DNA from: Octopus bimaculoides
Taxonomy: Eukaryota
Assembly: GCF_001194135.2 (NCBI RefSeq)
Contig: NC_068995.1
Location: 336,582 to 400,581 of the forward strand
Direction of reading: 5' to 3'
Length of the DNA stretch: 64,000 nt
Part shown: piece by piece, positions 52,170 to 64,000 of the stretch
Layout of the letters: each line of letters begins with the position of its first letter
Numbering within the stretch: position 1 is the stretch's first letter
Translations under genes and position numbers: made by a program
The notes under the pieces: generated by a model
The model's database searches: none
Seen by the model: only the letters and a program-made list of their open reading frames with translations
What the model was told of the DNA's origin: nothing

Positions 52170-52560
52170 TATTACGTAGATGACTTTAAATAGAGTAACA
52201 TAAACAAAACCAAATGAGACACTGCATACAACCAGGACACAAGACCTGGGCCCAAACACCTGGGTGCCGTATTTCAACGCAAACATGTCCAATGTCTTTT
52301 ACTGCAATTCTTGTATTACTTTCACTCATGTACAGGGGCAGAAATGGCAGAAATATGTCAGAGCTATGCCTGACAATTTCAACCCGTATTTGGCGGCATT
52401 TTGTACTTTGAAAAACAAATGGTGCCACAGTTTTCTCCTCATCAATTGAAATCATTTCTCGCCATATTTCTCAAAGAGTTTATTGTATTAATTCTCATAA
52501 AGGACAATTTTTCCATATTTTCCTTCGTTTTCTCCTGGATTATCACTTGGACAAATAAAT
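52170..52560 (-). mobile_element. piggyBac-family transposase fragment
   Basis: With frameshifts: KYGKIVLYE..NKLFEKYG..ISIDE..V.PF...QNAAKYGLKL...YFCHF.P, resembling piggyBac K.RPL...N..F...SIDE...PF...KP.KYG.K. Confidence 0.55.
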
Positions 52561-52599
52561 TTTGTTAAGTTGTACAAAATTCTCCCATCTCTATGTAAT

Positions 52600-52710
52600 T
52601 ATGACAAGGTACTTATTTTATCGAACCCCAATTGATGAAAGGCGAAGTCGGCCTCGCCAGTATTTGGATAGACAAAATTACTCTAAGCATTTTGTCCGGC
52701 GTATTAATGA
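52600..52710 (-). mobile_element. SINE family B fragment
   Basis: gtacttattttatcgaacccc..gatgaaaggcgaagtcggcctcgcc...ctaagcattttgtccggcg. Confidence 0.7.
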
Positions 52711-52741
52711 TACTACCTGCTAATAATAATAATAATAATAA

Positions 52742-52742
<1 letters not shown>

Positions 52743-52772
<30 letters not shown>

Positions 52773-52922
52773 AAGAAGAAGAAGAAGAAGAAGAAGAAGA
52801 AGAAGAAGAAGAAGAAGAAGAAGAAGAAGAAGAAGAAGAAGAAGAAGAAGAAGAAGAAGAAGAAGAAGAAGAAGAAGAAGAAGAAGAAGAAGAAGAAGAA
52901 GAAGAAGAAGAAGAAGAAGAAG
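52743..52922. repeat. Perfect (AAG)60 trinucleotide repeat, flanked by (AAT)n
   Basis: 180 bp uninterrupted AAG. Confidence 0.97.
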
Positions 52923-53222
52923 AAAGTTGTAATAATAAAGTAATAATAATGATGATGAAGATTTCACGCATTGACACAATGGTAAGTGGGATGTAATCGA
53001 TATATTAATGATTTCTAACATTGTAATCGATATCATAATAATAATAAAAAGTGTTATCCACTTTTTATGATTGTGTAGTGTGAGATGAATGCTTTTTAGT
53101 CCACTGCCCGCACAATGGAGCACGTCCACTAACTGGTGCCTTTACATGGGACATATTTTGTATTCTCTATTAGGTCCAATTGTTATAACAATATATATAC
53201 ACGTACACACGTATGCACGCGT

Positions 53223-53275
<53 letters not shown>

Positions 53276-54060
53276 CGTACATAAATATAATATAAAGTGG
53301 TTGACACGAGCAAAATAAATCGTTATATATCCATTAAAATAAATATAATAGACATTCATATTTTATATATTCGAATTTGTTGGACAAAGGTCTTTGTTTC
53401 TGACAAAATAGCGATGAAGCATATGTTTACACCCAACCGTCATCAGCGGATGTCATAAAGCAGCGAGTAGACGGGTGTTAACAGAGTGGAAGATCGAAGA
53501 ACATAGTTCGGAGTATTATACATGGATGTAAAACAAAACAAAAAAAACAGTATAAAATGGTCGCGATGAAGGAAATAAGTTATTACGTTGAAATATACTT
53601 ACATATATTCAATGCATATTCATTCCCCTCTCTTCTCTTTCTCTGTATACACACACACACAAACACACACACACACACAGACACATATATATATAGAGAG
53701 AGAGAGAGTGGGGAGGGAGAAAAAGAAAGAGAGAGAGAAAGATACGTATATACATACATAAATGTGTGTATACGCATATACACATATACATATCTGTCTA
53801 TATATTAAATTCTCTCTCTCTTTCTCTCTTTATATTTATATAGGTATATGTATGTATATATTTATATGTGTTTATATGCATATGCATGTATATGTGCATG
53901 TATACTTTAATACTTTGATAGGCTTCGGCCAATATTGGCTCAGGCCATGTCTAACTTAATAGCACCACCTGACAAAGTTATTCAAATCAGGAATCGGACA
54001 ACATGGCTCACTCGAGAAGAGAGTTATTGTTTACGAAGACATATTCGGGTGTATGTATGC

Positions 54061-54128
<68 letters not shown>

Positions 54129-55899
54129 TCATATATGTATCTCTGTATTAGTGCACAACTTTTGCGCAAACTTTCGTCAAACACATTCCAATCAGAAGAT
54201 ATTGATTATCTCAAGGCGAAAGCACAAATAAAATACTTGTCCAGATATTTCGTTAGACTTAAGTGTAAGATCGAGAGAATACTACGAATTAAGCCAATAA
54301 TCTTTAAGAATGTTGTCAGTAATTTTAGCCGTTGATTCACTGAAATTTTATCTGAGGAAGATTGTTTAATAGGAAAGAATGGGTGTCGTGAGACAATACA
54401 GCATATTCAATATGGCAACTGAATGCATATATCCCTAAGACGCCATGTAAATGTAATATTATTTAGTATAACAACCACTTTCTAAGCATTGGGCAGAAGT
54501 ATTTTCCAAATAATCACAGGTAACATAATTACAGGTAGCATAATATTTCAAAAGAGATTCTTTGAATTTTTTCAAGCTACAGTTGTAATAAATATCTTAT
54601 CAACTTCTCAGCTTCCAGCAGCATTCACTGCAACGTGAATGTATTTCCACTTAATGACATGGTACCAAAAGTAAAATTGGCTGGAAGCAGTGAAGTGGAT
54701 TAAAATAATATACATTTAAGTAGTTATATACAAATAGTTCTTTTAGGCATTGAGAAGTAAGAAGTACTATCTCGCTATGTAGCATGTATGGCGACTAAGA
54801 GGTTAAGGTGGTGACGAGTTGAATTTTCTTTACCATATTTTGGTGCTACTAAATCACGCACATAATCACTTCTAACAAATTCACCAGTCAATAAATTGAA
54901 TTCTTGTCCTGAGTTCATCTCAAGGTGTCGTCGTTGAAACAAGTATCAGTTACGGAATTATATTTTACGCTAAAGCTAAATATATTCTCCTTTCAATTTC
55001 TTTTAATTCGTCTAAACTTTTGAGAAATCTCCTTCCTAAGACACATCTTTGTGTCAAAAAAATATCATTTGAAAATATAGAATTTTGGTGAAAAGTGATC
55101 GTCATTTCTCAAAATTAGCAAAAGAACGCCATGTTGTATCGTTTATCGATTTATCACATTCTATATTTACTGGTCAGATATTCTAAAAACATTTAAGTCG
55201 ATTTGCTATTCTTTTTGTTTTTATTCCTTCTCCACCTCTTCTGGCGTATGTTCTTTATAAACACCCATGTATAAACTTATGAATATATATACCAACCTTT
55301 CCTTTCTTCCAGCCTCTGAACATACCGCCTTTACTTTCTTCTTCTACTTCTCCTTCTCCTTCTTCTTTTTCTCCTTCTCCTTCTTCTTCTTAATTCATTC
55401 CCAATATCTTTCATATTTCTTTCCTACCAATATTTCTTTATCCAAATAGGTTTATAACGTTTGCAGACACACGTTAATTGTTCCCTATTTCCGCTTCTTT
55501 CCCCGCTCTTTTCTATTCAGACCCTTCTTTTCTCTTCTTGTTCTTTCACCTGTCATATTTCGTATGCCCCCTTAATACGTGTATTATATAAATGCACATA
55601 CGTAATATATATGAGTGTGTTTGTGCGTGCGTGTAATTTATGCACATATATACATTCACGCACACACACACATGCATTCACATATATCTATACACCTGAT
55701 ATACCTTGCAATGTCAGCCGAATTCTAAAGCTCAAAATGTTAAGTCATTGAATCTCATTGTTCTTGAGTCTCATTTTGATCAAATTTATATTTCATACAT
55801 TTCATATATACTGAATGCTTTCCTTAGGATTGTACACACCCACACACACAATCATACATGCATACACTTTGAGTTTCATTGATTAATAACGGGTTACAT

Positions 55900-56320
55900 A
55901 AGTCACATGCAAAGGACAGATTTCACAATCGAAAAAAATTCTTAGAAGTAAACAAAACATATTATATAGTTTACGGTGATCGGCAAAGTTCTTTGAGATC
56001 TTCAAAGAAACCAACCAAGTAGATAACATCTCCACGCAACACATTGAATTTCCATTTACCAACCTTCCATTGGTAAACACAATAGATTCTATATTACAAT
56101 ATTTCTACAATAACAGACTTCCCCACCACCTCTATACTAGTTAATATGCTGAGGAAATTATTAGTGTCCTGCCATGACAATGGTCCTTTGTTGTACATTG
56201 GAAAGTTATACCAGTAGAATGATGGAGAAGCCATGGGTTCTCCTATGGGGCTTAAGACGATATATTTGGTGCAATGGACTCGCCCCAAAAAATCCAAGGA
56301 AACATTTTTGTACTAAATTT
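55900..56320 (+). mobile_element. Penelope-like element reverse transcriptase fragment
   Basis: IEFPFTNLPLVNTIDSI (cf. DV.SLFTNIPL.ETID) and LRKLL...GKLYQ.NDGEAMGSPMG (cf. GK.Y.Q.DG.AMGSPLG). Confidence 0.75.
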
Positions 56321-56483
56321 TGACACTCGGAACAGTAAAATATATAACTCTTAGCAATACAATGATGCCATTTCCAGGTATAAACTTAGAGGTAGAAAAT
56401 AACAGATAAATCATATCAGCCTAAATCAAAAACGCAAATATTTGTACTGATATGGATATAGGGAATATTCACTCAGATATATC

Positions 56484-56885
56484 GGCGCAGGCATGGCTGT
56501 CTGGTTAGAAGTTCGCTTTGCAACCACACGGTTTCGAGATCAGACCACTTGTGCAGCACCTTCGGCAAGTGTCGTCTGCGTTTGTATAGGGTTGACCAAA
56601 TCCTTAATATTTGGTTTATGTTCGACGGAAATTGTGGAAGTCCGTCATATATACGTATGTGTGTGTGTGTGTGTGTTTGTGCTTGTCACCTCACCACTGC
56701 TACACAACAGGTGTTGGTTTGTTTATATTCCTGTAACTTAATATTTCGGTAAAAGGGACCGATAAAATAAGTAACATCCTTGAAAAAAAAAAAGCTCAAG
56801 TATTTGAGTTGATCTGTTCGACTAAACCCCGTCAAGGTGGTGCCCCAGCATGGCCATACTTGAATAACTGAAACGAGTAAAAGAT
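56484..56885 (+). mobile_element. tRNA-derived SINE family A, full length, diverged
   Basis: ggcgcaggcatggctgtctggttag...cttcggcaagtgtc...ggtgccccagcatggcc..aactgaaacgagtaaaag. Confidence 0.85.
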
Positions 56886-57080
56886 ACGAAATGGCAATGG
56901 TGAAATCTCTTGTTTTGATAGCTTTTTTAGATTATACTCCACCAAATACGTAACACAATAATTGCATTACACCTATTAAAACAACACAAGGCACACATAA
57001 GAATGTATTAGATTCAATCAAATGTACAGTAATTATAAATTAGTTGAACACTTTATCAAAGATCTCATATATATACATAC

Positions 57081-57114
<34 letters not shown>

Positions 57115-57742
57115 ATAGAGGAAGCGAGTGATTTATCTGCATCTTGTAATGTATCTGGTTCTCTCAAAATATTATTCGTTACTTCTTGAGTCAGAAACTA
57201 TTGCGAAATAAACGACCAAAACAGCAAACCCACGCCTACTGTGCGTTTGTGACAGGCAAACAAATGTTAATATTGTTATTTATTTTAACTTGCCATCACC
57301 AACTTTTTTCTTCTTCTTCAAAATAGCATTATTATTATTATTATTATTATTATTAATATTATTACTATTGTTGTTGTCAGTTTTATCTTCTTGTAAAGCT
57401 ATACGGTGCAGACTATCCGGCTAGCAGGCAGCCTATACAGACAAAACATGCTGTTCCACGCCTTCGTCCGTCTCGTCCTCAAGGCGACCCCAAACACAAC
57501 ATCTATTGTTCTAAAACCTGTTATTATAAACTTCAATCTTAAGGTATTTCTCTCTCTCTCTCTCTCTCTCCCTGTTCTGTATCTGCTACTACCTTCGACT
57601 ACATCCCTTCTTTTCAAAAAATATATATGCATATGTGGCTTGCTGCGTGCATATATATATATACACACACACACATACATATGTACATTTGAGCGCGCGC
57701 GCATATGAATGTAAGAACGTATATATACATATACATACATAG

Positions 57743-57805
<63 letters not shown>

Positions 57806-58074
57806 TAGATAGATAGATATATGCGTTCTATATATATAATGGTTGGATAATCTTGAAATTTATTGCTTGAATAAGTGTAGATGTGTGAAATTCATTGTTT
57901 GATCGCATGTATCTGATCGTGTGTGAGAGTGTGTGTGTGTGTGTGTGCGAAGCCCGCGCACGAGGTTGTGCGTGAGGATGAAAAAGAGAGGGAAATAGAG
58001 AAAGAGAGAGAGCGAGGGAGAGATAGGGAGAGGTGTAGAGACGACAGACAGGGTAAGAAAGAGCAAGACAATGA

Positions 58075-58297
58075 GAAATATTATTTTCTACTCTAGGCAC
58101 AAGGCCAGAAAGTTTCAGGAGAGGGCCAATCGATTAGATCGACCCTAGTACGCAACTGGTATTTAATTTATCGACCCCGAAAGGATGAAAAGCAAAGTCG
58201 ACCTCGGCGGAATTTGAACTCAGAACGTAAAGACCGACGAAATACCGCCTAAGCATTTCGCCCGGCGTGCTAACGATTCTGCCAGCTCACCGCCGCC
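58075..58297 (-). mobile_element. tRNA-derived SINE family B, full length, well preserved
   Basis: Reverse: ggcggtgagctggcagaatcgttagcacgccgggcgaaatgcttagg...gagttcaaattccgccgaggtcgactttgc...ggccttgtgcctagagtagaaaat. Confidence 0.9.
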
Positions 58298-58554
58298 TTA
58301 AGACATTGAGAAATATTGACGAGAAAACAACATTTGTGAGTGACAGGATTGTGCAAATATTAGTGTATATACGGATACGTGTTCATACGTACATATGCAT
58401 TTATATAATGGATGTCCACTTAGTGGTCATCCCCCTTGTATATATATATATATATATACGCAAAACAGACAAACCAACCGATAGACAGACAAACAAATAG
58501 ATAGATAGATAGATAGATAGACAGGAAAATACCAATAAATAACTACGCACGCAG

Positions 58555-58609
58555 AGAGGGAGAGAGGGAGAGAGTGAAAGAGAGAGAGAGAAAGAGAGAG
58601 AGGGAGAGG

Positions 58610-58687
<78 letters not shown>

Positions 58688-58740
58688 CAGACAGAAAGAG
58701 ACAGAGAGACAGACAGAAAGAGACAGAGAGACAGACAGAA

Positions 58741-58772
<32 letters not shown>
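58555..58772. repeat. (GA)n/(GACA)n microsatellite
   Basis: Direct reading of sequence. Confidence 0.95.
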
Positions 58773-58773
<1 letters not shown>

Positions 58774-59295
58774 ACTAGTGTGCTTTGACTTGTCCGCAAT
58801 GCTTTTGTTATAAGCTCCTAACTGAAAAGAGACTTATTATTCTCCTGGTCGAATAATGAATTAAGAAATGCAATAACAGCAAAACAAATAACTGAGAACT
58901 AACTGCACAAATATACCAAACAGCTCTTGGTGTCATATGTCAATCAAGTACGCACCATAACTGTACTATTCATGCAGAAAAAAAAAACACTTATTAAATT
59001 GAACAGGACATGCTTTATACTAAATTATAAAGTGACATTAACAACGTATTGCAGAGCGGAGAACCTTGATAAATCTCCTTTTAAAAGCCCGATGTTCTGC
59101 AATAACAAATGCAGTTTAGAAATTCAGGAAAAAATATTGAAGTTTTGTACTTTTTGATTCTATTGAGCATCCAATCAACACAGAGTCTCGCCAAATGACG
59201 ATGCATCTACAAAAAAATGCTCTTAAGAAAAATAGATAGAAATACATGGATTGATAACATGAACTAAATAGGGATTATATGCAATTTATCTTGTG

Positions 59296-59420
59296 ATGGT
59301 GCGTGGCTTGGTAGATAGAGTTTTACTCACACGATCGCCAGTTCAAGGGCTCGATTCTCGGAGCGGGCGGCTTCTTGTGTTCTTGAGCAAAACACTCCAT
59401 TCTACGTTGCTCTAGTGCTA
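59296..59420 (+). mobile_element. SINE family C head
   Basis: ggtgcgtggcttggtag...gggctcgattctcgg...ttgtgttcttgagcaaaacact, like 975-1080. Confidence 0.6.
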
Positions 59421-59679
59421 TGTGGGGAACGGCATGTCGAAGAATGCGCCGTTGTAGCGAGTCGGTATACTCCCAAGTCCCCTGAGACAACCCGTTGAGC
59501 AAAGTCCCAGTCCGTCTCTATCTCCGCAAGGTACCTCATCATCTGTTGTGACCAGCGTGAGCCGACGACCCAGCTGGATCCTTAGTGAAGAGGACACTGA
59601 AAGCAGAGTCTAACTCGGAAAATCTAGCAACTTGGCCAAACAGCCTTCAGCTGACATCCTCAGATCTTAACGAGTAACA

Positions 59680-59890
59680 CGACTGGCAGAATCGTTAAAG
59701 CACTGGACAAAATACTTAACTGCGTTTCATTCGTCTTTGCGTTCTGAGTTCAAATCCTAGTGTGGCTGACTTTGTCTTACTTCCTCTCGGAGTGAATGAA
59801 ATAAGTACGAGCTGTGAAGTGAGGTCGGTATAATCGAATTATAATTCCCCTAAAATTGCTGGCCCTGTGCTAAAACTTGAAACCATTCTA
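59680..59890 (+). mobile_element. SINE family B
   Basis: actggcagaatcgttaaagcactggacaaaatac...ttctgagttcaaatcc...gaaataagtac...ggccctgtgctaaaacttgaaacc. Confidence 0.75.
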
Positions 59891-60784
59891 TAGCGTGTTG
59901 TACATTTCTATGTGTTTGTGTGCATTTGTGTGTTTGTGTGTGTGTTGTATAGGCTGGTTATTGTGCGGTGTATTGTGGTACGTCTCGCATCTCTTTTTGC
60001 GGTTCTACAATTTACAAGGGTGGTGGGAAGGTGTTTAGGTGTTTCAGAATACTTTATGAACTGTTTACATCGATTGAGAGATTACAATAGGGAGTTTGGT
60101 GAGAATTTAGGGAGAGTTTTAGGGATCATTTAGGTGGGGAGAAAAATTTTTGTTAGAGTTCAGAGAGAGTCAGGTTAGGTTTTCGAGGAGACTGCGGGAC
60201 AGTTGTGTGTGGTGACATTAACCTGAGGACCAAACGATATGTCTGTTCTGAACAGCATGGGGTAATGTCGTAAAAACAATCTGTGTTGTAATAAATTTGA
60301 TGGCGGAACAGTGGTGGGTGGGTGGGTAGGTGGGTGATAGTTGTGGTGGTGGAGCTGATGGGGTTATATAGATGGATAAGGGTGGTGGTGGTGTTTGTTG
60401 AGATGGTGGTAGAGTATTGCCAAAACAGGGGGGGAGGTAGATCTACTAGAGGTGATGGTGTTGATAGTGATGGTGGTGTGATTATTGTTGTTGCAGTTGG
60501 TGGTGGTAGTCGTAGTGATGAAGGCACTTTTGGTTGTGGTAATAGTAGTTGTGTCGGTGGTCGTGTAGTGGGCGGTGTTGGTAATGGTGGAGGTGATGGA
60601 CGGTAATAGTGATGGCCGTGTTAGTAGTAATTGTGATGGTGGAGGGGGTAGGAGTACTAGTAGAGCATTGGGTGTATAATGTAGAGAGGGTGTATAATAA
60701 ACGGATATATAACATAGTTATAGTACAAGAGATGATGGTGTGTATAATAAGGACATTTTTAAACAACAGAAAAACAAACATGAT

Positions 60785-60815
<31 letters not shown>

Positions 60816-61899
60816 GGGCAGGCAGGCAGGCAGACAGACGGGCAGGCAGACTGAGAGACAGACAGACGGTCAGACATCCGTAAAGTCGTTGGATTTCACA
60901 TCTTGTATTACAATCTATATTACAGTTTATTATGACACCTTTGTAGCACCCGTATATCATCATACCTCATAACACCGTTTAAACTACAAGGTGTAGATCA
61001 CACCTGTATAACACACCTGCACCAAACGCATTTAGACCACATGTCTAAAACACCCAGGTACCACTCTCAGACAATCATACCTTTATACCAAGCCGGGTCG
61101 CCCACTTCTATAACGCACTTGTACGAAGTACGGCGCCTCTGTGCCATATCTATGTATCTCATACCCAGGTACAACACATGAACACTTGAGATGCTGGTGT
61201 TGTGAATTTGAGGTCCCAGGTCATTTCGGATCGAGTCCACCCATGACAAACCCTAAGCCAAATGTGATCCCAACCCCTGCTTTCCTTCAGCCAGGGTTAT
61301 AGCTAGGGATCCATTTTGTTTAATGCGTCTTTACTTTATTCTCTGCTGTAGGCTCAAATCCCGTTGAATTCAATTTTGCTTTTAAGCATTTCGTGGTTAA
61401 TAAATAAAGGACCGGTCCAGTAACGGGGCCTGTTCTTCTCCCAAACTCTCTTTCCTTATGTGTCTTTCTACCTAACTATTTAGATAGATAGATATCTGTC
61501 TGTCTGTCTGTCTGTCTATCTCGCTCTGTAAAAGAAATAGGCTGTGGCCGCACTCGGAAGAAACGTGGACTTTGTCCGCTTGAAATGACCGACGCATGCA
61601 GTCACAGCGCCCTCGCCACCGCCATGCAAAATCGCATTAGAAGTTAAAGTCTCAAGGCAGGGTTAGTCGATGACGGTGACGATGACGATGACATCGACGA
61701 TGATGGTGGTGGTAGTGACGAGGAGGAGGAGGAGGAGGAGCAGGAAAAGGAGGAGGAGGAAACCTGTGGTGATGCTGGTGAGGATAAAAATCATAAAAAT
61801 TTGACACAGATGTGCGCCATGCAGCTGTTGCGGTATCGTAGTTGAAACTGTGCGACTCGGTGGACGTGTGCTTATGTAGTTCTTTGGATGTGCGCGTCC

Positions 61900-61935
<36 letters not shown>

Positions 61936-61998
61936 CGCACACGCACATATATATATACGTACATACACTACGTGAGTGTGTATATGTGCATATATGTA

Positions 61999-62057
<59 letters not shown>

Positions 62058-62522
62058 GTGACCGTATATTTACTGTTTATATGTGTATGTGTGTATACGC
62101 ATACACACACATTCACACACACACACACGCACATACACGGGGGTGGTGTTTATGTGTGCATGGGTGCGGTTTTTGCACCACAAATGACTGCTTTATAAAC
62201 AAGTGTATAAAATCCCGCTCCCTCATGAGGGTCCATTTTCTGGCCCCTTTTCTCTTTTTATAGCCGGCCCCTTCGTGCTTCACTCACTGAGTTTTATTGA
62301 AATTATCATTATTTTGATGTTTGCGACCACGTAGCGCCTCCCCAGTAGTAGTAGTAATAGTAGTAGTAGTAGTAGTAGTAGTAGCAGTGTTGGTGGTAGT
62401 AGTAGTAATGGTACCGTTGCTGTTACTCGTCTTCGTCGTCGGCATCGTCATCATCGTCAACATCATCGTCAGCATCAGCATCATCGAGGCAAAAATGCTT
62501 CAGCTGAAGACGAAATGGTTTG

Positions 62523-62668
62523 TAGTAATTATTACTATTATTATTACTATTACTATTATTATTATTATTATTATTACTATTATTATTACTATTACTATTA
62601 TTATTATTATTATTATTATTACTATTATTATTACTATTACTATTATTATTATTACTATTATTATTACT
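62523..62668. repeat. (ATT/ACT)n trinucleotide repeat
   Basis: Direct reading of sequence. Confidence 0.95.
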
Positions 62669-63179
62669 TGAAGGCCGTGATTAACGTTATCCTCATTATC
62701 CGCATGAAAGTGCAATGGTGATAAAGTTTAAATCAATCAACGATGGATATATTTAGATTATTCTTATAAAAAATTTGAACCCTAAAAACTATCTGTCCTT
62801 TATTTCAAGAATCAATGGACCCTACCAACCAGGCATTACACCATAGCGGTTTCGATTCGGGACTGAAAGATATTACAGCTTATTACAAACAGGGTGATGA
62901 ATCAGGTCCACCCACCACTCCAAATTACCTTATATTTGGGAAAGGCATACACGTCACAACTTCTTAGTGTTACTTTCATTCTATATAGGCGAAGGCGTTG
63001 ATGCTCTCCTTACGATGGCATGGTTTTGGATTCAGCTCCACTGCGAGATACCTGGAGCAAGTGTCTGCTCTTATTGCCCCGGGCGGACTAATGTCTTCTG
63101 GATAAACTGTGTGGAAACCCGCCATGTGAGTATGTGTTTGTGTGTCTACGCCTACATGTGTTTTATATAAGTGGTGGGT

Positions 63180-63860
63180 AGTAAACAGCGCTGTTTTCCT
63201 GACCATCCTGTGTTGCTCAACTCCAACAATCCTGTTGGTTTCGTAGGTCTGCATGCCATTTCGGACAACTGATCACCACTTGCCACCGTCCTGAGCTATC
63301 TGCTCCCATGTGACATGGCTGATGCTGAAGGTTTTTAGAGAAGCTTTTAAAGTGTTTTTCAAGCACTTTTTTTCTGGCATCCTCGAGAGCATTTGTCTTG
63401 GAGCTCGCCATATAATGATTCCTTTGAGAGCCGGTGCTCTATCATGCGAATTACATGACCTACCCACCAGAAATTGCGACAGCATGAGTTTGGTAGACCG
63501 TCGACGTTTTGCAGCCAAAGAGTAAACATGTGGGAATCATGTCCTGATATGCCTTCATCCTTGTTTTCCATGACAACGTCTCTCCTGTTCCACGTGTTCC
63601 TACGGAATCTAACGAAAGGTAACACTCGCTTTAGAAGATGAGCTTTGTGAGTACATGTCATATACAAACATACAGTCACACCTGAGAGTCTGCACGGAAG
63701 TGTGCATATATGCAGGTGTGTGTCTGATTTGCTTGTGTTTGATTCGCTTCACATCAATGCCGTTTCACTACATCTCAAAAGCATTCCTGATATGACCATC
63801 CTGTCTTATTGTGAATCGGAAGCTACAGTGTCCAAAGCTAACTTCCTTTTTCATTATTAG
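63180..63860 (-). mobile_element. RTE-clade LINE 3' fragment
   Basis: WVGHVIRMIEHRLSKESLYGELQ...KKCLKNTLKASLKTFSI...WEQIAQDGGKW. Confidence 0.85.
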
Positions 63861-64000
63861 TTCTTCAGGACCTGGTGATTCCATAGAAGGTTGGCTGCTA
63901 TTTCTAAAGCATTTAGTGAGTATCTGGGGGGGGGGAGGTTGGTGTATGGGTGAATGGTGTGTGTGTGTGTTTAAGTGTGGCCCACATTTACAAAAAGAAT

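Noticed and set aside
53910-54330. Possible L1/Tx1 RT fragment (DRLRPILAQAMSNLIAPP...)
   Set aside because: Resemblance is too loose and downstream RT motifs could not be found.
57400-57545. GC-richer patch ending in AAG|GTATTT, a possible exon
   Set aside because: No recognisable protein in any frame and splice signals are weak; unsupported without RNA data.
59420-59620. Possible HDV-like fold (ggggaac/gtcccc) and gtgaaga..gaaa hammerhead-like string
   Set aside because: P3/P1 order and L3 do not fit the HDV descriptor; the hammerhead core lacks C3 and has only 2-3 bp stems.

Overview
Gene-poor, repeat-dense eukaryotic genomic DNA. The microsatellite load, tRNA-headed SINE families and scaffold gaps suggest a coleoid cephalopod, most likely Octopus (inference from sequence style; no search run). 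I recognise no intact host protein-coding gene. Almost all long ORFs in the track come from microsatellites or N-gaps. Supported features: (i) many copies of three tRNA-derived SINE families (my labels A, B, C); (ii) decayed transposons: one full-length ~1.25 kb mariner with both TIRs and TA TSDs, two other Tc1/mariner fragments, a piggyBac transposase fragment, several RTE-type LINE fragments, two R4/Dong-like restriction-endonuclease LINE fragments, and three to four Penelope-like element (PLE) fragments; (iii) a ~1.14 kb foldback/MITE-like element; (iv) long di-, tri- and tetranucleotide microsatellites; (v) 14 assembly gaps. The most notable unexplained signal is four dispersed minimal type-I hammerhead ribozyme motifs: 41823-41868 (complete fold), 7999-8031, 13717-13749 and 31596-31629. 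One lies directly 3' of a PLE remnant. Several CpG- and motif-rich single-copy-looking islands (3.55-4.4, 8.4-9.1 and 43.7-43.9 kb) resemble promoters or enhancers of an unidentified gene.
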